A stretch of 16,073 nucleotides of DNA, taken from contig JBBRSB010000048.1 in NCBI GenBank assembly GCA_038245785.1, positions 1 to 16,073 of the forward strand. The letters run 5' to 3'. This document shows, piece by piece, positions 15,821 to 16,073 of this stretch (its first letter is position 1; the number at the start of each line of letters is the position of its first letter). The notes under the pieces are model-generated. The model worked only from the letters and a program-made list of their open reading frames with translations, had not been told where the DNA came from and did no database searches. Origin of the DNA: Gloeobacterales cyanobacterium. Lineage in GTDB: Bacteria > Cyanobacteriota > Cyanobacteriia > Gloeobacterales > PMM-0068. The translations under genes were made by a program, and so were the position numbers.

Positions 15821-16073
15821 TAATATCGAATCCGGTTGATTGCCCATAGTTAGCTCGCTACTAATGGCCACCAGTGGTAGCACGTTAATCCTCGAATCAA
15901 CGCTCGTTGCTTGAGCAACCTCTGACAGCGGCGCACGGCCACTTCCTCTAATTCATCCAGATTCTTAAATGTGCGATTCGCAATTGGCTCATTAGTCAAT
16001 GGCCACAGCCTCTCTGCTGGCTGCAGCTCAGGGGAATGAGAAGGCAAAAATACTAAATGGATTCCTTCGGGCA
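15821..16073 (-). mobile_element. Right end of an IS630-family insertion sequence (runs off window)
   Basis: Transposase C-terminus followed ~30 nt later by a candidate terminus (+ strand TAATATCGAATCCGGTTGAT) ending at a TA. The exact end is uncertain by a few nt. Confidence 0.7.
15850..16073 (-). CDS. IS630-family transposase, C-terminal part (partial)
   Basis: PEGIHLVFLPSHSPELQPAERLWPLTNEPIANRTFKNLDELEE...YHWWP contains the 'P.SPEL.P.E..W' DDE motif. The frame is open to the window edge. Confidence 0.93.
   Translation of the reverse strand, partial: PEGIHLVFLPSHSPELQPAERLWPLTNEPIANRTFKNLDELEEVAVRRCQRLLKQRALIRGLTCYHWWPLVAS

Noticed and set aside
1..16073. CRISPR array, tRNA, rRNA, riboswitch (e.g. 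TPP near thiL)
   Set aside because: No regularly spaced repeats, cloverleaf or recognisable aptamer consensus seen by eye; an Infernal/Rfam scan would be needed to exclude ncRNAs.

Overview
Cyanobacterial chromosomal DNA, judged from the Tab2-family, DUF6464-like, YkgJ-like and other typically cyanobacterial genes. The core genes look divergent and I saw no perfect HIP1 octamer in them, which is compatible with an early-branching Gloeobacterales-like lineage (inference). The housekeeping backbone comprises hisF, bioA, pdxJ, a YccA/BI-1 gene, moaC, thiL, YkgJ, TPR, a PstS-like binding protein, DUF6464, Tab2 and an alpha/beta hydrolase. Three accessory elements interrupt it. (1) At the left edge, a DUF6883/DUF4926-like toxin-antitoxin(immunity) pair lies between two attC-like hairpins (134-218, 1124-1212). 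It has the hallmarks of a 994-bp integron gene cassette that ends 149 nt before hisF, with no integrase in the window. (2) A ~4.3 kb decaying island (~5520-9790) holds a DUF3574 remnant, a WD40 tail, an intact antitoxin with a dead PIN toxin, and a five-gene SnoaL-VOC-VOC-like-GST(omega)-GST operon in which four of the five genes are broken. (3) The 3' end of an IS630-family element is at the right edge. An unannotated 35-aa ORF with its own AT-rich upstream region and a 3' hairpin lies upstream of the YkgJ gene.
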